Assembly (NCBI GenBank): GCA_973895155.1
Contig: OZ316898.1
Span: 12,051,187-12,115,186, forward strand
Length of the DNA: 64,000 nucleotides
Direction of reading: 5' to 3'
Source of the DNA: Marsupella aquatica
Taxonomy: Eukaryota > Plantae > Marchantiophyta
Below are positions 61,447 to 64,000 of this stretch, piece after piece. Below the pieces are notes generated by a model. It did no database searches and had not been told where the DNA came from. It worked only from the letters and a program-made list of their open reading frames with translations. Position numbers and translations under genes: made by a program. Within the stretch, counting starts at the first letter, position 1. Every line of letters begins with the position of its first letter.

Positions 61447-64000
61447 TGTGACACGGGTAACATGTCACTTAACCGAACCCAGGTCGTAGATTAGGTCTTA
61501 TACGGTCGTTAGGACCGTAGCCGTAGCGTGGAATAGCACGTATAGCCATCTGTTGCCATTATGAATAGATTAGGAGTAGGTTAAGTCGACCGAATGATGA
61601 CGAATTTAGGAGGAGGATTATTACGCGTGACCGAGGTACGGTGGCGGCGACGGAGTAAAAATCCGTTAGAAGAATCACGCTTGGACCGAGGTGCCGACTT
61701 CAGCTCATTATCAACGACCAAAACGGCCTGGCCTTCTCACGCTCGGGCTCATCCTGACACCTCCATAAGAGAAGAGCCGATGGCACTGCGGGCCATTTGC
61801 TCATTTCTACCTTTTGGAATTCGCGGATGCTACCATTCACTCGCCTTTTTGCTCGAATCAAGCTGACCTTTACAAGGAGATTATCGAGGGGTAAGAGCGG
61901 AATGTGGCAAGATTTAGTCAGGATGAGCAAGGCCTCCACAAGCACGAGGACCAGCCGGGTGGGAATGCGGACTCGACGAACCGAACTACAAGGTTGGTAT
62001 GACCCTTATAGCCTTGGGATGTTGGACCTTGTTTGGCGAGGTAGGTGCTAAGTTCTCCGAGACTTACTGGTACTCTTGTCCCGAGAAAGCCGCTTACGAA
62101 CAAAGATACGCGAAGCTGGTGGCCAAGGTAGCACTGGTTAATTGCAAGAAGATAGCCATCACCAGGGATTCCACCTACAACGAGCTGCGAGACTACATCA
62201 CCAAGGTATATCTCAGCGAGGAAGGGCTTAGATCGGTAGCAGAGGCGATTCTTGAGGTCTTAGCAAAGTTCTTTAGGCTGAAGGGCAGCCAGCGGCTTAC
62301 TCAAGCGGAGTTCGACAAGATTCCGGGGTACCTAGACCAGCAGATCACAGCCGAAAAGTGCCAAGAAGACATCAGTAGACAACGGGAAGTGACGCGTAAT
62401 CTTACTTTCCTTGGGTTCCAACGCCTTCGACTGGGATATGGTCACCCCAACACCACTAGCACCTCAGCCGATGACCACCGGCGTACCTCCGAACCGGTCC
62501 CAAGTCCGACCAGTGATCAACATAGAGTGTTCTTTGGGTTCCGAGCGAGTTAGTCCGTAACTCAAGCAATATTCTCGTAAGCGGTCAAGGACGACGCCGG
62601 CCCCCGAATCAACAACGCAAACCAACGCCGCGCCTGCACCTGCCCCGGCAAACCCCCTGACCAACCAGACCCGACGGCCCCCGGATAACCCGAAGTCCAA
62701 CTTATTACAGGTGATCCACGTCCCCGAAGTAGTCTGGATCACAATCAAGAAACTTGAACACGCGGACTATCTCAAGGAGCATCAGTTGGAGCCATTCGCT
62801 CACTTGCTATGGAGACCGTGCGCCGCCGGGCCAAAGGAGATTTGTGAGTTCATCTCCAATTTCGACACCGACGCATCGACCATAGGTTTCAGGGCAGACC
62901 TTATCACTCACGGAGCATCAGTTGGCACAGATCTTCTGCCTACCAACCGGACCGGTGCCGGTTGAACTCCGAATTTGGGATAAGGAGTATACACCTCGGC
63001 ACTTCAAACCCGAGGGTAAGACGGACAACGGATACAAGCAGGGGTCATGCACCAACTTAATCTGCATGGAGCGGCTTAACTTCATACGGACTACCCTACA
63101 CATGATTGAGCCACAATCCGAGATCTCCCTCTACATGATCGTACAGGTGGAACAGTACAAACGGTGGAACTGGGCCCAATTCTTTTACCGTAGATTCTCG
63201 GGGGAGCTGAAGCGGGCTCAGGGTGGCATGGCTATTGGGGGGAAGACTTACTTGGGAAGTCATATCGCCATCATCCTCGCCTGGTACAAGGCACGGCGGG
63301 AGGCCAGAGGAAAGAATATGGCCACCTCAGCCCCGACTAATGTCACCCCCGCCCCAGAGGAGGAAACCCCGAGCGCGCGGACTACCACCCCTCGGCCAAA
63401 CCCCGAGCCGGAAGCCCCGACTAATACTCCGTCACCTCCTCCTGTTGAAATTCCGCCGCCCCCTTCCGTTGAGCCTCCGTTACCCGCGGTACAACCACCC
63501 CCAATCCCTCCACCACCTGAAGAAACCTTCCCCTCCCCAATGCAGACTACAGAGGAGATCATTGCCCCGCCCGAGGAACCACCGGTACCCGAGAGGATGG
63601 AGGACTACCACGTAGCCCCGGGGACCATGGCCTACGACCTGGTCCAGAAGTTTAGCCAGACTATGTCTGGGGAGCTGGCAATGTACATCGGACAACAAGT
63701 CTCGGCGTACTTTCAACCAGCCTTCTTCATGTTAGAGCACCAACCACGGATCGTAAGCCGCTTGGAAGAAGAACTCATGGCGAAGGGGAATGAGATCGAG
63801 CGCCTCCAAATGCTGGTAGAGCACCTCGAGGAGGAGGCCACTACCCGCCGCGAGGAGTTAGTCCGCACCGTCGAACAAAGGGACAGACTAACACAGGAGT
63901 TGAGCGGAGCGCAAGCAGATCTCAAGAAGCTGGACGGCACCGTGCTTCAATTGCGCTCAGAATCTTCGGCTCGGGTTACCAGCCTGACCGACCTCAACAA
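61447..64000. mobile_element. Probable Ty3/gypsy-type LTR retrotransposon, partial (runs off the window)
   Basis: Abrupt switch to GC/CpG-rich sequence starting at TGTGACAC (LTR-like TG start), followed by a disrupted accessory-type ORF. No gag/pol, PBS or second LTR is visible in the window. Confidence 0.45.
61999..64000 (+). pseudogene. Disrupted retroelement accessory ORF: plant-mobile-domain/Transposase_32-like region, Pro-rich linker and coiled coil
   Basis: Segments 61999-~62400, ~62402-62885 (in-frame TAA at 62558) and 62886-64000 (open to the window end, absent from the ORF track) join across frameshifts into ICEFISNFD...TI/VSGQTLSLTEHQLAQIFCLPTG...WNWAQFFYRRFSGELK, then PPPVEIPPPPSVEPP and RLEEELMAKGNEIERLQMLVEHLEEE. 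Confidence 0.5.

Noticed and set aside
1-64000. tRNA, rRNA or snRNA genes
   Set aside because: None recognised by eye. tRNAscan-SE or Infernal would be needed to exclude them.

Overview
Eukaryotic plant nuclear DNA with GT-AG introns. Gene content and style suggest a bryophyte, possibly a liverwort (inference). Positions 7.6-47.7 kb hold ordinary housekeeping genes: a TruA/PUS1 tRNA pseudouridine synthase with a ~1,230-aa acidic N-terminal extension, an intronless EEF1AKMT4/METTL13-like methyltransferase, TGD4, TMEM230, a kynurenine/methionine-type aminotransferase, PIG-U, a truncated cytochrome P450 and VDAC, interspersed with small tandem duplications. Positions 48.7-64 kb are a transposon cluster: a ~1.7-kb long-TIR element, a complete 9,737-bp CACTA (En/Spm) element (51568-61304, CACTACAACA termini, ATT target-site duplication) and the start of a probable Ty3/gypsy element. 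The standout is the CACTA element. Besides an apparently intact spliced TnpD transposase and a divergent, frameshifted TnpA-like gene, it carries an intact SET-domain (lysine methyltransferase-like) exon inside the first intron of the transposase. One upstream Cys/His exon can splice in frame to either the SET exon or the transposase. A CpG-containing TTCGCAA/TTGCGAA motif is arrayed at both ends and in two internal non-coding regions. This is a candidate transposon-encoded chromatin-modifying system. All exon models and motif counts were made by eye and need computational confirmation.
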